Shown in pieces: positions 23,372 through 38,300 of a DNA stretch of 64,000 nucleotides. Below the pieces are notes generated by a model that was given only the letters and a program-made list of their open reading frames with translations, was not told where the DNA came from and did no database searches. Origin of the DNA: Mobula birostris (taxonomy: Eukaryota). Where the stretch lies: NCBI RefSeq assembly GCF_030028105.1, contig NC_092383.1, forward strand, positions 87,873,921 through 87,937,920, given 5' to 3'. Position 1 is the first letter of the stretch. Every line of letters starts with the position of its first letter. The position numbers and the translations under genes are program-made.

Positions 23372-26300
23372 GTAAATCATTATTTTATAAAATAATCTGA
23401 TCAGTTGAATTATTAACAAGTGGTCTAAAGTGTTTTTGTCAAAGCAACGGATGAAAAACAGGAAATTCTGATGTCGTTCCCTTGCTCAGTGGTTCAGCTA
23501 ATGGTAAAACACTCAGTCTGCAGGATCCTGCAGTAACCTCCATCAGAGTCTGTGTGGTGTTGTGTGTAGCCAATGTGTACACAGCAAGTTCTCCTGAATA
23601 ACAAAGCGATAACTGCCCTCTATCCTGCCTTTTGCCCTTGGTGTCGGGGATAATTCTCATCCTGAACAAGGAGGGTCCTCTAACAGTGCCAAGCTCCCTC
23701 AGATGTACACTCCGTCACAGCTCAGGCTCCTGGTGTGCGAGAGGAACCGGCAACTCTCTGACTCAGTGGTCAGAACATCACCCACTCAGCTTTACCCGGA
23801 ACACACCACTGGCACTGGGTGGGGTACAGTCAGCCTGCGAAAGCCACAGCGGACCACTCGCGAAGTGGTGGATGCAGGTTCCATTTCAATATTCAAGAGA
23901 AATTTGGGTAAGTACATAGATGGGACGGGCATGGAGAACTACAGTCTGTGTGAAAGTTGATGGGTCTAGGCAGATTAATAGTTCAGCACAGACTAGATGG
24001 CTGAAGGGCTTGTTTCCATACTGTAGTGTTCAATGATTCTATGTCTCTATGACACTCTCTACACACTGCATGGGAAAACGTTGAATTATAGGACACTCTA
24101 ATAAAAATGTGTGCAACCCAACCTTTGGAAACAGATGTTCTTCTGAAATCAGGAAGCACTACAAGCTCTTCTTAGTTTCACATTTGCAGAATTTGTGCCA
24201 ATGTCTCCCTTCTGCTAAAAATCATCTGCTCACCTACAATAAATTGCAACACAACGGGCCCTGGTAGCTTGAGCATGTCTGCACAGTGGGCTTTACCCAG
24301 TCTCTGAAGATCAGGTTACTGAATTCCTCGATGGTAACTGGTGATTGATCTGATCACACATCTCCACACCGGCTCCTTACACTACACAATGGGGAATGTG
24401 CTGTCCACTGCCCTCATTACCAGTGACTGGACAGAGAATTGAATGCTGTTACATTTCAGAGTCTGGATGACGTGCAGTGTGAAGATGTTCCCGAGCTGCC
24501 AGTATCAAGGCAGACAGTTTATTTCATGTGAGTGGCTACTTTAACTGTAATAGACTGAGCTTGAGGTTTGGAATCTGCTCCAAGCTTCAGGGACACTTTT
24601 CCCTGGTTTTCCTCCCGCACAGCCTGGGTCTCTGTATTGGACTGAATCCTTTTGTTTCCTACTTCTAACCAGAGGGAGTAACAATCCTGTCATATGAAGG
24701 CGTGGATTTTCCACTGGGGCTAGGGGTTGAAACAGCAGCTTTCATGAGCAGCCGTACAGTTTAATTCAATGGGGACTTGTGACATACTGACAGAAGGCAG
24801 TGTATGAGACGAGGCAAGCACAACTCCAAATCATGCTCACTCCGCACTGCTGCACCACAGGGGTGTGTTCCATCCCCTCTGCTACTTTCTCCATGCACCA
24901 ATGGCTGCGTCTTCCGTGATCCATCAATTACACTGATAAAGCTTGCTCAATCACTGACTAATCACCAGAGTCGATACAATTGCAACAACTTGGAGCTGAA
25001 TGCCCTCAAAACCATGGAGCTGTATATCAACTTCAGGAGTAATGGGTCTCATCTCCACACTCTTATCATCAACAACTCTACAGTGGGCACTGCTTCATCA
25101 TTCAAGTACCTGCTCATCAGTATTTCACTTAAGATGAAAATATCCTTGGCTGCAGCCCACCATTACTGCAGGACTTGTACGTGTCTCGGACAAAGAAATG
25201 GGCAGGAAAATTAATTGCAGTCTCTACCCACCTGGCAAACTACTTTTTCCTAAAGCTTCCTTCTGAGAAGCGCGATAGGCCTATTAAAACAAACACTTTA
25301 CACCATTTTAAAAGTTTCTTCCCCCAGGTAACTATTCTGGATTGCACCCCCACTCATCCCTGTCTCTGTACTAACTGTAAGCACTTTAAAACATTTTTTA
25401 ATGTTGTTTACATTGCAAGTATATGTTGATATTTATTTATGCATGTTTTATTCCATATCTGTATTCTAAGTACCAAATTATTTTTATATAATGTATTATT
25501 ATTACAATTTTGAATGGCGATGTTTTCTTTTCTATCTCACCAACACACCACTGCAAATTCCGAATACATGTAAATCGATATGGAGAATAAAGCTGATCTT
25601 TGATTAACGCACAGAACCAGACTGAATGACAAGCTGGCATCCAGGGAAACAGGCATGGGCTTTAGTATGACTAAGGAGGAGGAGGTTACGATGTTCACCC
25701 CAGTGGAGAAGAATTAGGGTGCGGATGATCTGAGATAATCCTCAATCGACACAAGTTCTGATACAACTGGTTGGAAGGTGGAAGGTCTTTGAGTGGGTGA
25801 TGCAATTCCATGGAAGATTTTGATTTGGTGCCATGAGGAAGATTACCTAGTTCTTGGTGATAAGTCAACTTCATGGTCACATACACAAGTACTGTGATGT
25901 ACAGTCACAGGGTAAAATCTGTTTGCAACAGCAACACGGCCATATAGATTTAGACAAACACAGAACAAAGAAACTGTGTAAAACAAGACATTAGAGCAAA
26001 GATAAGCACAATTAGAGTCCAGTCCATGGTAGTGCAATGGATGGTCCACTGTGTTCTGCTGCTGAGGTGGAGATAAGCCCATGCAAGATGGTTCAAGACC
26101 CTGGTAGTCACAGGAAAGCTGCTGCTCTGGAACTTGATGGGGTGGGATATCAGGTTTCAAAATCATTCTTCATAGTAGCAGTGAAAAGAGGGCATGACTG
26201 AATGTTGTCATGGCAAGTTCCCATAACCATTGGCCTCACCGTCAAGGACTCTTCATCTCATGTTCTTGACACTTATTGCTTATTTATTTATAGACATAGA

Positions 26301-29300
26301 AACATAGAAAACCCTCAGCACAATACAGGCCCTTCGGCCCACAAAGCTGTGCCAAACATGTCCTTACCTTACAAATTACCTAAGGTTACCCAGAGCCCTC
26401 TATTTTTCTAAGCTCCATGTACCTATCCAGGAGACTCTTAAAAGAGACTTAAATTTATTATTGTTATTTCTTTCTCTTTCTACTTGCACAGTTTGTTGTC
26501 CTTCTGCACACTGGTTGAACACCCAGTTGGTGTGGTCTTTGTCCACTGCTCGATTCACTTTACACTTATGCCTGTGTGCCTAAGCATGGCTCCAATGCCA
26601 TATTCAAGTTTCCTGATGACACTCCTGTCGTTGGCTGAATCAAAGGTGGTGATGAATCAGCATATAGAGGGAGATTGAATATCTGGCTGAGTGGTGGCAT
26701 AACAACAACCTCGTAGCATGTCCACAAGTTCAAGGAGCTGATCATTGACTTCAGGAGGAGGAAACCAGAGGTCCATGGGCCAGTCCCCACCATTGCAAAT
26801 TGTGAACAGTGGTGGTGAGGGCTTTACCCATGATCGACTGGGCATATCTACATGAAACGTTGTCACAGGAACGTAGCATCCGTTATCAGGGATCTTTACC
26901 ATCCAGGGCATGCTCTCTTCTCACTGCTGCTATCAGGAAGAAGGTACAGGAGCAACAGGATCCAATACCACCACCAGGTTCAGGGACACTTATTACCCCT
27001 CAACCATCGGGCTCCTGAACCAGGGGGATAACTTCACTTTCCCCATCATTGAAACGCTCCCACAACCTATCGACTCACCTCCAAGCACACTTCATCGCAT
27101 CTTTTCAATAATTATAGCTTAGTATTCCTTCTTTTTGCATTTGCACATTTTGTTAACTTTTGCACACAGGTTGAACACCCAAGAGGTCTCTCATTGATTC
27201 TGTTATGGTTATTATTCTATTATAGATTTATTGAATAAACCCACTGAATGGACGTTGATAACAAATTTACTTTGCATTTGAACTTTTTTCGCTCTCTCCT
27301 TGCACCCTAGGCTATTAGCCATATGGGCAGGAGTTTCAGTGCATGTACAGTAATCACCAGGGTCCACCAGCCCCCCATTCTGTATATTCAGAAGCTCTCC
27401 CGATGGAGATCAGCTGGCTGTATGAGTAAGTGTGTCTGAGCCAAAGCTATCTCATGCCACCTCCTTGCGCTCTTGATTTCCTTCTTAATCATACACCTGC
27501 ATCTCCTTTACTGCCAGATCCCAGTTGTTCCATGTATCCTTCTTTCCTCCTGACCAGGGCTCTCATGATTAAGAATTCTTTATTCCTGCCAGCCATGACA
27601 ATACTCCAATGGGAATATGGATTACCTCACTTTTACAAAATTCCCACTTGTCTGTCGCCTCCATTGCCTGCAAACAAACTACTCCAATCAACTTCAGCAA
27701 GTTTCTATCTAATATCATCAAAATTTGCAATGCTCCAATTTGTCCAGCACATTTCCCAAGAATAGACTGGGCTTTCCCTCTCTGTAGCAGAACCTTCTAC
27801 ATATTGCTTAAGGGAACATTTCTGAAAACAATTAATAAATACAATCCCATCAATTTCCTTAGCACTGAAGCAGATTCACTCTTTATTTAGAAAGTTAAAT
27901 CATTTACTATGACAAACCTAATATTCATGCAACTTTCTGCAACCACCTTGAAGAATTTGTTCCTCTAATTTAGGTTTATTATTAGATGGCCTCCAGTGTA
28001 ATCGAAATAAAGTATTCACCCAGTTCTTCCTCTGAGTTTCACCCAAACAGCCACACTGGATGATCCCCCAATAAATTCATTGAGATCTGGACATCATTGA
28101 CAAGGCCAGAATTTATTCTCTACCTCTGGTTGCCCCTAAGAATGTGATGACTCTTTCACTGAACCACAGCAGGGATCATTTTCCCAGAAGTCACAACCTG
28201 CTCTCAACAAGGATCAGAATCAGAATCAGGTTTAATATCACCAACATATTTTCTGAAATTTGTTAACTTTGCACTAGCTGCACGACGCCATACATGATAA
28301 TATAGGAAAAAACTGAATTACAGTTGTTTGTATCACCATTTGATATGAGACTGCACAGGATCGAAGTAAACTGCAGAGAGCTGAAAAAATGTATAATAGA
28401 TAAAAATTGTTTTATTGCATAAATACTGCAAAAATAGAAAAAGAAGACGTGATGTAGTGTTCATGAGCTCAATGTCCATTCAGAAATTGGAGAGCAGATG
28501 GGCAGAAGTTGTTTCTGATACTAGATGATGATGCAGCCAGTCAGATTGCTTTTCATGGTACATCTATAGAAATGTCTGAGGATTGTAGGTAACGTACCAA
28601 ACCTCCTCAAACTGCGAATGAAATATAGCCTTTTTCATAGCTGCGTCAATATAACGGAACCAGGTTAGGTGCTCATACATATGAACACCCAGGAACTTGA
28701 AATTGCTCACTCTCTCTGCTTCTGATCCTTCCCTGAGGATTAACATGTGCTCCCTCATCTTACCTTTTTGAATTTAAATAATAAGCTCTTTGGGCTTGCA
28801 TGCACTGAGAGCAAGGTTGCTCCTGTGACACCACTCATCTGACATTCTGCCAACAATGGCTGTGCCATCAGCAAATTTCTGGATGACATTTGAGACATTA
28901 CAGACATTTACAACACACGCTGCATCTGCAAAGCAAATAACATTATGAAGGACCCCACACACCCCTCATATAAACTCTTCTCCCTCCTGCCATCTGGCAA
29001 AAGGCACTGAAGCATTCAGGCTCTCACGACCAGACTACGTAACAGTTTCTTCCCCCAAGCCATCAATACCCAGAGCCTGGCTTGACACCAACCTACTATA
29101 CGCTCTACTGTGCCTACTGTCTTGTTTATTATTTATTGTAATGCCTGCTATGTTTTGTGCACTTTATGCAGTCCTGGATAGGTCTGTAGTCTAGTGTAGT
29201 TTTTGTGTTTTTTTTCTTACGTAGTTCAGTGTAGTTTTTGTGTTGTTTCATGTAGCACCATGGTCCTGGAAAATGTTGTCTCATTTTTACTATGTTCTGT

Positions 29301-32300
29301 ACCAGCAGTTATGGTTGAAATGACAATAAAAAGTGACTTGACTTGACTTGACTTGAGCTGTGCCTAATCATGGTTGTCTCGGGGGTACTTTATACTTTAT
29401 GATTATAAAGATACGTAGTCCTCTTTTATTGCCATTTAGTAATGCATGAATTAAGAGATGATACATTATTTCCTCCGGTGTGATGTCACAAAACACAGGA
29501 CAAACCAAGACTGAAAAAAACTGACAAAACCACATGATTATAACATATAGTTACAAACAGTGTAACAATACCATAACTTGATGAAGAAGTCCGTGAGCAC
29601 AGTAAAAAAGTTCAAAGTTTCTCGAAAATCCCATATCTCACGCAGACGGTAGAAGGAAGAAAAACTCTCCTTGCCATGCCGACCCAAAGCCGACTCTGAG
29701 TCATCCGAAAGCTTTGAGCCCTGATCAGCTCTGTGACACCGAGTACTGAGCGCCATCTCTGTCCAAACGATTCGACCTCCTTCTCGGTCGCCAAAATCAG
29801 GCAAGGCCGGGGATTTTGAGGCCAACCCTCCGAAAGTTTCACGACCACACAGTAACGACAGCAGCGAACGGGCGATTCAGAAATTTCTCAAGGTGTTCCT
29901 CTGTGCTTTCACGTCCATTCTCCATCAAATCAGAATTGTCCACGGCCCCTATTTAACAGATACAACATCATTTTCACCGGAGAGCTGCGCACGCACAGCG
30001 CGCTGCCATCTTCTCCTCCCGCCTGCTTTATACTTTATTGTCACCAAACAATTGATTTCCTACGTCAATTCAGGAAGTACAACCTACCTCAGGAGCTGCT
30101 GATTCAAATCTATTCAGCAACAATCCAATCTGTTCTCTGTTCGTCCATCACTGTCTGGTTCGGATCAGCTACCAAACAAGATAAGAATAGACTCCAAAGA
30201 ACCGTCAGGGCTGCGGAAAGGATTATTGGTGTGAAGCTGCCCTCGATCCAGGACTTATCTGCATCTGGAGTCAGGAAGCGAGCAAGCAGCATCATTGTAG
30301 ACCCATCACACCCTGGACATCACCTGTTCCAACTCCTTCCTTCTGGTAGCGCGCTTTAGATCACTGTATGCCAGGGCAAATAGGCACAAGAACAGTTTCT
30401 TTCCACATGCCATCTGTCTTATGAACACTTGAATTTTAGTCCACCTGTACATACACAGGTACACCCCATTTGTATATAGTTCACGATCACTTGCACTATT
30501 GTTTTGTTTGCTTTTTGATTCTGTACTGCAAGAGCTCAGGGAAACCAGCATCAAGTTCCCTGTATGTGTCCACATACATGGCGATAATAAAGGATTCTCA
30601 TTCTGATTCTGATTCTTATTCTAGAGCGTACAATCATCACAGTGATATTTGATTCTGTGCTTCCCGCTCCCTGGAGTACAAATCGATAGTAAATATTAAA
30701 AATTTTAATTATAAATCATAAATAGAAAATAGAAAAGGGAAAGTAAGTTAGTGCAAAAAAACCGAGAGACAGGTCCAGATCTTTGGAGGGTACGGCCCAG
30801 ATCCAGGTCAGGATCCGTTCAGCAGCCTTATCACAGTTGGAAAGAAGCTGTTCCCAAATCTGGCCGTACGAGTCTTCATGCTCCTGAGCCTTCTCCTGGA
30901 GGGAAGAGGGATGAAAAGTGTGTTGGCTGGGTGGGTCGTGTCCTTGATTATCCTGGCAGCACTGATCCGACAGCGTGCGGTGTAAAGTGAGTCTAAGGAC
31001 GGAAGATTGGTTTGTGTGATGTGCTGGGCTGTGTTCACGATCTTCTGTAGCTTCTTCCGGTCTTGGAGAGGACAACTTCCATACCAGATGTGATGCACCC
31101 TAGAAGAATGCTTTCTACGGTGCATCTATAAAAATTAGTGAGGGTTTTAGGGGACAGGCCAAATTTTTTTTAGCTTTCTCAGGAAGTAAAGGCGCTGGTG
31201 GGCCTTCTTGGCAGTGGACTCTGCTTGGTTGGACCAAGTCAGGTTTATTTGTGATATTGACCCCGAGGAACTTAAAGCTTTTGACCTGTTCCACTTGCAC
31301 ACCACCGATGTAAATGGGGTCGTGCCGTCCGCTATTCCTTCTGAAGTCAACAACCAATTCCTTCATCTTGCTGACGTTGAGGGATAGGATATTGTCTTCA
31401 CACCGTGCTACCAGGTTCTTAATTTCCTTTCTGTACTCAAACTCATCATTACCCGAGATACGGCCTACAATTGTGGTGTCATCAGCAAACTTATATATTG
31501 AGTTCGATGGAAGCTTGGCTACACAATCATGGGTGTACAGTGAGTACAGCAGGGGGCTGAGTACACAGCCTTGTGGGGCACCCCAAGAAGAGTTGATTGT
31601 CAGCAAGTTGGAGATGCTACTTCCAATCTGCACAGATTGAACCAACAGACCAACAGAAGAAACAGCAGATGCACAAGTTGGAAATGCCTAACTGAGCGAT
31701 TCCACTTTCACTGTAACTTCAAGAACAATCTCAGTGAAATAAGGATTAACATCAGGGATAAACTGTTAAAATGGAACATGATCTCTGCAAAATCATGGAA
31801 TTTTCTGAACAACTGAAATGATGAGTTTATATTGCTTACTGCACTTTGTTCTGGTGACATGTGAGTGACCTTTCATTATTAATCTCTTCACAGGCTCAAC
31901 TGCATTAACTGGACCTAAGAAGGTCAGAGGAGTAGTGGGAGAATCAGTCACTGTGGAATGTCGGTATGATCAGAAATACAAGGACTACGTGAAGAAATGG
32001 TGTAGAGGTGATTCTAACATTGGTTGTTCCGCCGTGGTTTCGACTGACCAGCCACGAAGTGAACGAATAACAATGACTGATTACAAAACACGAGGGATAC
32101 TTTCAGTAACCATGGACAATCTAAAGATGACTGATGAAGGGCTATACCAGTGTATAATACAAAGGGCAATGTTGATACCGAACAAAAGGTTTACCATTTC
32201 ACTGGAGATTTCTGAAGGTACGTTAATATTTTTCTTCACTCTCCCAGCCTGAGAATTTCCTCCCTCACCTCTGGATGAAGTAAAAATATTCTTTATATGC

Positions 32301-35300
32301 CCTCTAAATCTTTTATTCCTTACCTTAAACTTCAGTCCCAGGTTACATACGCCGTGAGCCAAAGTTTACCACAAACAATTCCATCTATTCCCCATATAGT
32401 TTGGCAGATATCAGTCAGTCCCCCTTCAGTCTTCACCTCCCCAAAAAATACAACCTAGTCTCTCTAGTCTTTCCACATAATTTAATCGTTGCCTATCAGG
32501 CAACATCCCGGTGAATCTCCTTTGCAGCCTCTCCGCCCTGCTCCCTATCCTTCCTACAAACTGCTCATTACAACTGCACTAAAAGAATGCTTCGGATTTC
32601 TGACAATCTGAACAAAATACAAATGATAAGAAGTGGGAATCCTTTGCTGAACAGTTAACAGATTACATTATCTCTGTCTCAATTATTAAAGAGATGAAAT
32701 CTTGAACATTATTTTCACATCCCTATGGGAAATTACCAGAGCATTTTATATCCACCCTTCACCTTTACCCTTCCTTTCTCCCCCTCTCCACACTGATCAC
32801 TCTCCCCTTCCTCAGTGTTCTTCCTTCTCTCTCCATCCCCACAAACCCTATTCCCACTCTCCCATCTCAGATGCTCCAGTTTCCCAGCAGTGGGAGTTCG
32901 AGGCCAGGCCTTTTCCCTGTAGTCCCAGCAGTGGACAGACTGGGATCAGGAACCTTCTGCTTTCACTCTGTCACCTTGGTTCAGCACAGAAATTTTGACC
33001 CAGTGGGATCTGCGCTTGTGACCAACAGCAAGAGCCCAGCTTCGGTGTGGGAGATGTCCCAGTATGGATGGAGGGGGAGATGCAGTCCCAGCTGCTGAGG
33101 GGATTTTCAGGGAACTGGGACACTCTCAGGAACATTCTTTGACCAGGAACACAATAGCTCATCTGGAGAGTGTCCACAGAAATCACTACTTTCCTCAAAA
33201 CTGATGATAGCAAAAAGGTTGATCATGGACTTTCACCAGAAATAAATTCCCCAAAATAAAAGGAACTTTTTCAGATCACTATTTAGAAAGATTCCAGAAA
33301 TTACACTCAGTGCCCATTTTATTATGCATTGCCTTTACCTAATAAAGAGGCTACTGATGTATGTTCATAATCAATAAAATGTGAGAACACAGCTTTCAGG
33401 AAGGTGATGACTGCTTTGCTGGATGTCGATTGCAGTGTTGCATTATCTGCGTAATTGGAAAAGTAGTTTGTTACAACAATGTGATTCTTCCCATTACAAT
33501 CAAACAAACCCACTCCAATATAGAAGTACCAGCTGTCTGGTACAGGTGTTGGTGTAAGCAGTTCTGCTTGCTAATTTCTTGTCTGTAGGTAAGGCCTATT
33601 TCACATGAAGCGATGGTCTGGTTGATGTCTCAGTTTATTCTTGACCAGTATATCACTTCACAAGCTCTACGTTTACATCTTCCTCACCAAGATGCCCTTT
33701 GTACATCCTCTGGAGCATTTCCTTGCATAGCAACACTGGAATCACAAAACTGCTCCATCTGAAGACCACACCTTTCACTACTAACAGTTCAGCTCTGGAT
33801 GCCTGAGAATCCTGAATACTCATTGGACAGTCATTCTTCGCTGCTGTCAATGCTTTCCATATCGTATCTTTGAGTTCTTTCATTGTTTCATCTGACCCTG
33901 TTGCTTTCCTAATCTGCTCTGTTCTTCTTGGAGATATTGGAAGGGAGGTGATAATCATGTCAACAAAGACCTGTATATCTGAATTAACTTCTTGATCAAT
34001 CTGTTCTTTCTCATAAATTGCACAAGACAACGCATCAGCAGCAAACTTTTATTTTCCCACAGCGTAGATCATCTTCACATCATATTTCTGCAGCCTTCTC
34101 AACATGTGCTGTATCCTCATGGGACAGTCATTCAGTGGTTTGGACAGAAAAGAGACCAATGGTTTATGGTCTGTCTCCACTTCAAAACCTTGTCCATAGG
34201 TGTACTGATGGGACTTTTTGCATGCATATTTGCTGGTGAGAAATGTTTTCTCTATTTGTACGTAGTTGTCTTCCACGCTTGCTGAAACCCTTGACGCACA
34301 GGTCACAGGTTGACATATGTCATCATGCTGCTGCAGTAGTACTGTTTCAAAGCCATTTTGGGACGCATCAGCTGAGGTCCTAGTTCACCTTTCCAGATCA
34401 TAAAACTTCAGCCTGTCTCTTCAGTTATGACTCTTTTCAGCATTTGAAAACAATCTTCTTGCTTATGAGATAATTTTGATGCTCAAGCAGTGACATAAGT
34501 GGTTTGACACATCTGAGAGTCAAGGGTGAATGTAGCCAGATAAATCACCATCCCCAAGAAATGTCTCATCTCCTCTCTGTTTATGGGCCTCTCCATGTTT
34601 TCAGCGTCCGACGTCTTTCTTGGGTCAGCCATCACAGCCTCTTCAGATATGACACTTGTGTGAACTCCTTGCATTGCTCACTGGAAACTGAAGTTTTTTA
34701 TTATCTAACATAATAACACGCAGAGTATCTAATAAAGTGGCCACTGAGTATATTTCCCAGCAAAAACCTGCTCACATGAGCAAATTCCTGGGTAGGCTCC
34801 ATAACATGTTGCTCTGAAATTAGTTTCTCATGTACTCTACAATTTTTTTCTCTTTGATACCCTCGCCAGTTTGGTGCTTGCAATCAATATGAAGGAGCTG
34901 GTCATTGATATTAGAAAGTAGGATGCAGTACATGATTGTATCTGTATCATTAATGCAGAGTTGGAGATGGGTGAGAACTTCAGTCACAGCTGTAGATATC
35001 ACTAAGAATTTGTCCTGGCCCCTCCATATAGATGCTACAATAAGAAAGCACATTGACCCTCTACTTCATAAGAAGCTTAAGGGAATTTGGCACCTCCAAT
35101 GACCCTCATCAATTTTTGTAGATACACCACAGAAAGCATCCTGTTTGGATGAATCACTATTTTTATAGCAACTGCTCTGCCAAAGACCACAAGAGCTAAA
35201 CCAGTCTCCCTTCTTTGGTCTCTCTCTGTACTTCTGTCTCTTGTCTATGGCTCAGGAAAGCATCCATCAAAAATTAAGGACACCTTTCACCCCGGTAGTT

Positions 35301-38300
35301 TGCTCTTCTCCCTCCTGCTGTCTATCAGAAGGTACAAATGCTTGAGAGCATGTACCACCAGGCTCGAGGTTACCTTCTGTACCACTGTGAACAGATCCTG
35401 AGCAGACCTTTGATACACTCAAAGTTGAACCCTAGATTTTCCATTCTACTTCATTGTGGCCCTTGCATTTCTCTGTAACTGCATATTACATTCTGCATTT
35501 TGTTTTCATTTTACTGCCTTGACATACTGATGTAGAGAATGATCTGTCTGGAGGGAGTTCAAACAAAAGCTTTCCAGTGAATCTCAGTACATGTGACAAT
35601 AATCATACCATTCCAATTCCCACTAAACTTTTCTGTGACAATTGCAGTCCCCTTCAAACATGCCTTAGTGATTTCCACATTTATGCTCCGAAGTAATGTA
35701 GGATCACATTTTGGGGGGTGGGGGTGGGTGTAGACAACTCCTATCTTAGCTTTGTACTTAGTGATTTTAACCTATTCTGATTCAACATTACTACCCACAG
35801 ACTGAACCCTAACAACTCAAAACCCACTGATACCTTCCTTGATTAATAACACTTCTGCCACCTCATTTATGGTTTGTCCATTTGTTCTGGAACATTACGT
35901 AATCTGGATGAATGAGTACTCAGTCCTGGTCACCCTGTAAACATTCAATTTCCCCCGAGCTTCTCATAATCCTTCATCAGAAACTCCATCCTATTCCTGC
36001 CTATGTCCTTAGTACCAATGCTATCCATGGGATCTTCCCCATTCCCCAACCCCAACTTCTGCTTCAGCTCAGAAGGAATATACTTCCCCCTAACAACACA
36101 CAGACAACACAACTTGGAGTATTTTGAAAGTTGTGAAAGAAGTTTAATAATGTGTGTAACAGGATTCTCATTCCTTTTGCTTATTACCTCAGTTAATGTA
36201 TTGCAATGTAAGTTGCTTTTTATAATGATGTTTACATTGTAAATATATGCTGGTATTTATGAATTTATGTAAATTTTATTCCAAAGAGCATAAGACATAG
36301 GAGCAGAATTAGGTAATTTGTGCTCCACCAATCCATTATTACCTTTCTCAAACCCATTCTCCTGACATCTCCCTGTAACCGTTGGCATCCAGACTAATCA
36401 AGACTCTGGAAACCTTCACTTTAAATATACCCCATGATGTGGCCTCCACAGCTGTCTGTGGCAATGGATTCCACAGTTTCACTATTCTCTGGCTGAAGAA
36501 ATTCCTCTTAAATGGACATACCTCTATTCCCAGGCTATTCCACTTTAGCTCCAGAAAAGAAGGCAACCACCTTGGAAATTTCCACTGAAACCATATGGAC
36601 CACTTCACCTCAGAATGAGATGTCCACCAGGAAAGCAGAATCCACTGAGTCTTCAGTTTCCTCACATCAGATCAGGTTAGTCATTTCATAGGACAATTCG
36701 GCTTTACCTCAGCATTACAGTATTCAGAGAACAACTCACAGTAAATATCAGAGGAAAATGCAACTTTATCAGTACAGTAATATAGTGAAACTCACACGAA
36801 ATGCTGGAGGAACTCAGCAGATCAGGCAGCATCTATGGAAATGAATTAACAGTCAACATCTTGGGCCAAGACCTTTCATCAGGACAGGAAAGGAATGGAG
36901 AAGATATCATCAAGAATCTATAGAAATGAATAAAGAACCTGCAGAGACTTAATAGACAGGTAAGTGGGTAACAGTTAGGAGAGGGAAGGGCAAGAGTCAG
37001 ATACTAGAGAGCACCCCTATGGCTGTCCCCCTTAACAATAAATATTCCTGTTTGAGTACTGTTGGGGGGACAGCCTACCTGGGGAAAGCAACAGTGGCCG
37101 TGCATCTGGCACACAGTCTGGCCCTGTGGCTCAGAAGGGTAGAGAAAGGAAGAAGGCAGCAGTAATAAGTGATTATAGTTAGATGGTCAGACAGGGAATG
37201 CTGTGGATGCAGGAAAGAAACACGGATGGTAGTTTTCCTCTAGAGCCAGAGTCCGGGATGTTTCTGATTGAGTCCACGATATCCTGAAGTGGGAAGGTGA
37301 ACAGCCAGAGGTCGTGTTACATATTGGCACCAACGACAAAGGTAGAAAAAGGGAGGAGGTCCTGAAAACAGTCTACAGGGAGTTAGGAAGGAGTTGAGAA
37401 GCAGGACCTCAAAGGTAGTCATCTCGGGTTTACTGCCTGTGTCACGTGACAGTGAGCATAGGAGTAGAGTGACGTGGAGGATAAATGCATGGCTGAGAGA
37501 CTGGAGCAGGAGGCAGGGATTCAGATTTCTGCATCATTGGGGCGGGCGCGACCTGTACAAAAAGGAAGGGTTGCACCTGAATCCGAGGGGGAACAAATAT
37601 CCTGGCAGGGAGGTTTGCTAAGGTTATTGGGGAGAGTTTAAACTAGAATTGCTGGGAGGTGGGAACCAAACTGAAGAGATGGAGGAAGGGGCTGTTGGTT
37701 AGAGGAAGCTTGGAGAGAGTGCGAGAGGAAGCTTGGAGACAGTGCGAGAGGGCGGATAGGCAGATGATAGAGAAGGGATGCGCTCAGACTGACGGTTTGA
37801 GATGTGTCTATTTTAATGCAAGAAGCATCACGAACAAAGTGGTTGAGCTTAGATCATGGATCAATACTTGGAGCTATTATGTTGTAGCCATTACAGAGAC
37901 TTGGCTCAGGGGCAGGAAGGGTGCCTTAGAGTGCCAGGACTTAGTTAGAAACATAGAAAACCTACAGCACAATACAGGCCCTTCGGCCCACAAAGCTGTG
38001 CCAAACATGACCTTACCTTAGAACTACCTAGGCTTACCCATAGCCCTCTATTTTTCAAAGCTCCATGTATCCATCCATGAGTCTCTAAAAAGACCCTATC
38101 ATTTCCGCCTCCACCACCGCCACTGGCAACCCATTCCACGCACTCACCTCTCTCTGCATAAAAAACTTACTTCTGATATCTCAGAAACGACAGGGAAGGA
38201 GGCAAAAGAGGTGGGGACGTGGCACTGCTGATCAGAGATAGTGTCATGGCTGCAGAAAAGTTGGAATTCATGGAGGTATTGTCTACTGAGTCTCTGTGGG

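Noticed and set aside
31935-32252. ORF-track protein taken as a stand-alone gene
   Set aside because: It starts at an internal GTG and runs past the donor at 32218 into intron; it is exon 2 of a spliced gene.
32860-33230. Possible extra exon or gene in intron 2
   Set aside because: No phase-compatible exon with credible coding features; looks like an old antisense LINE fragment that I could not classify.
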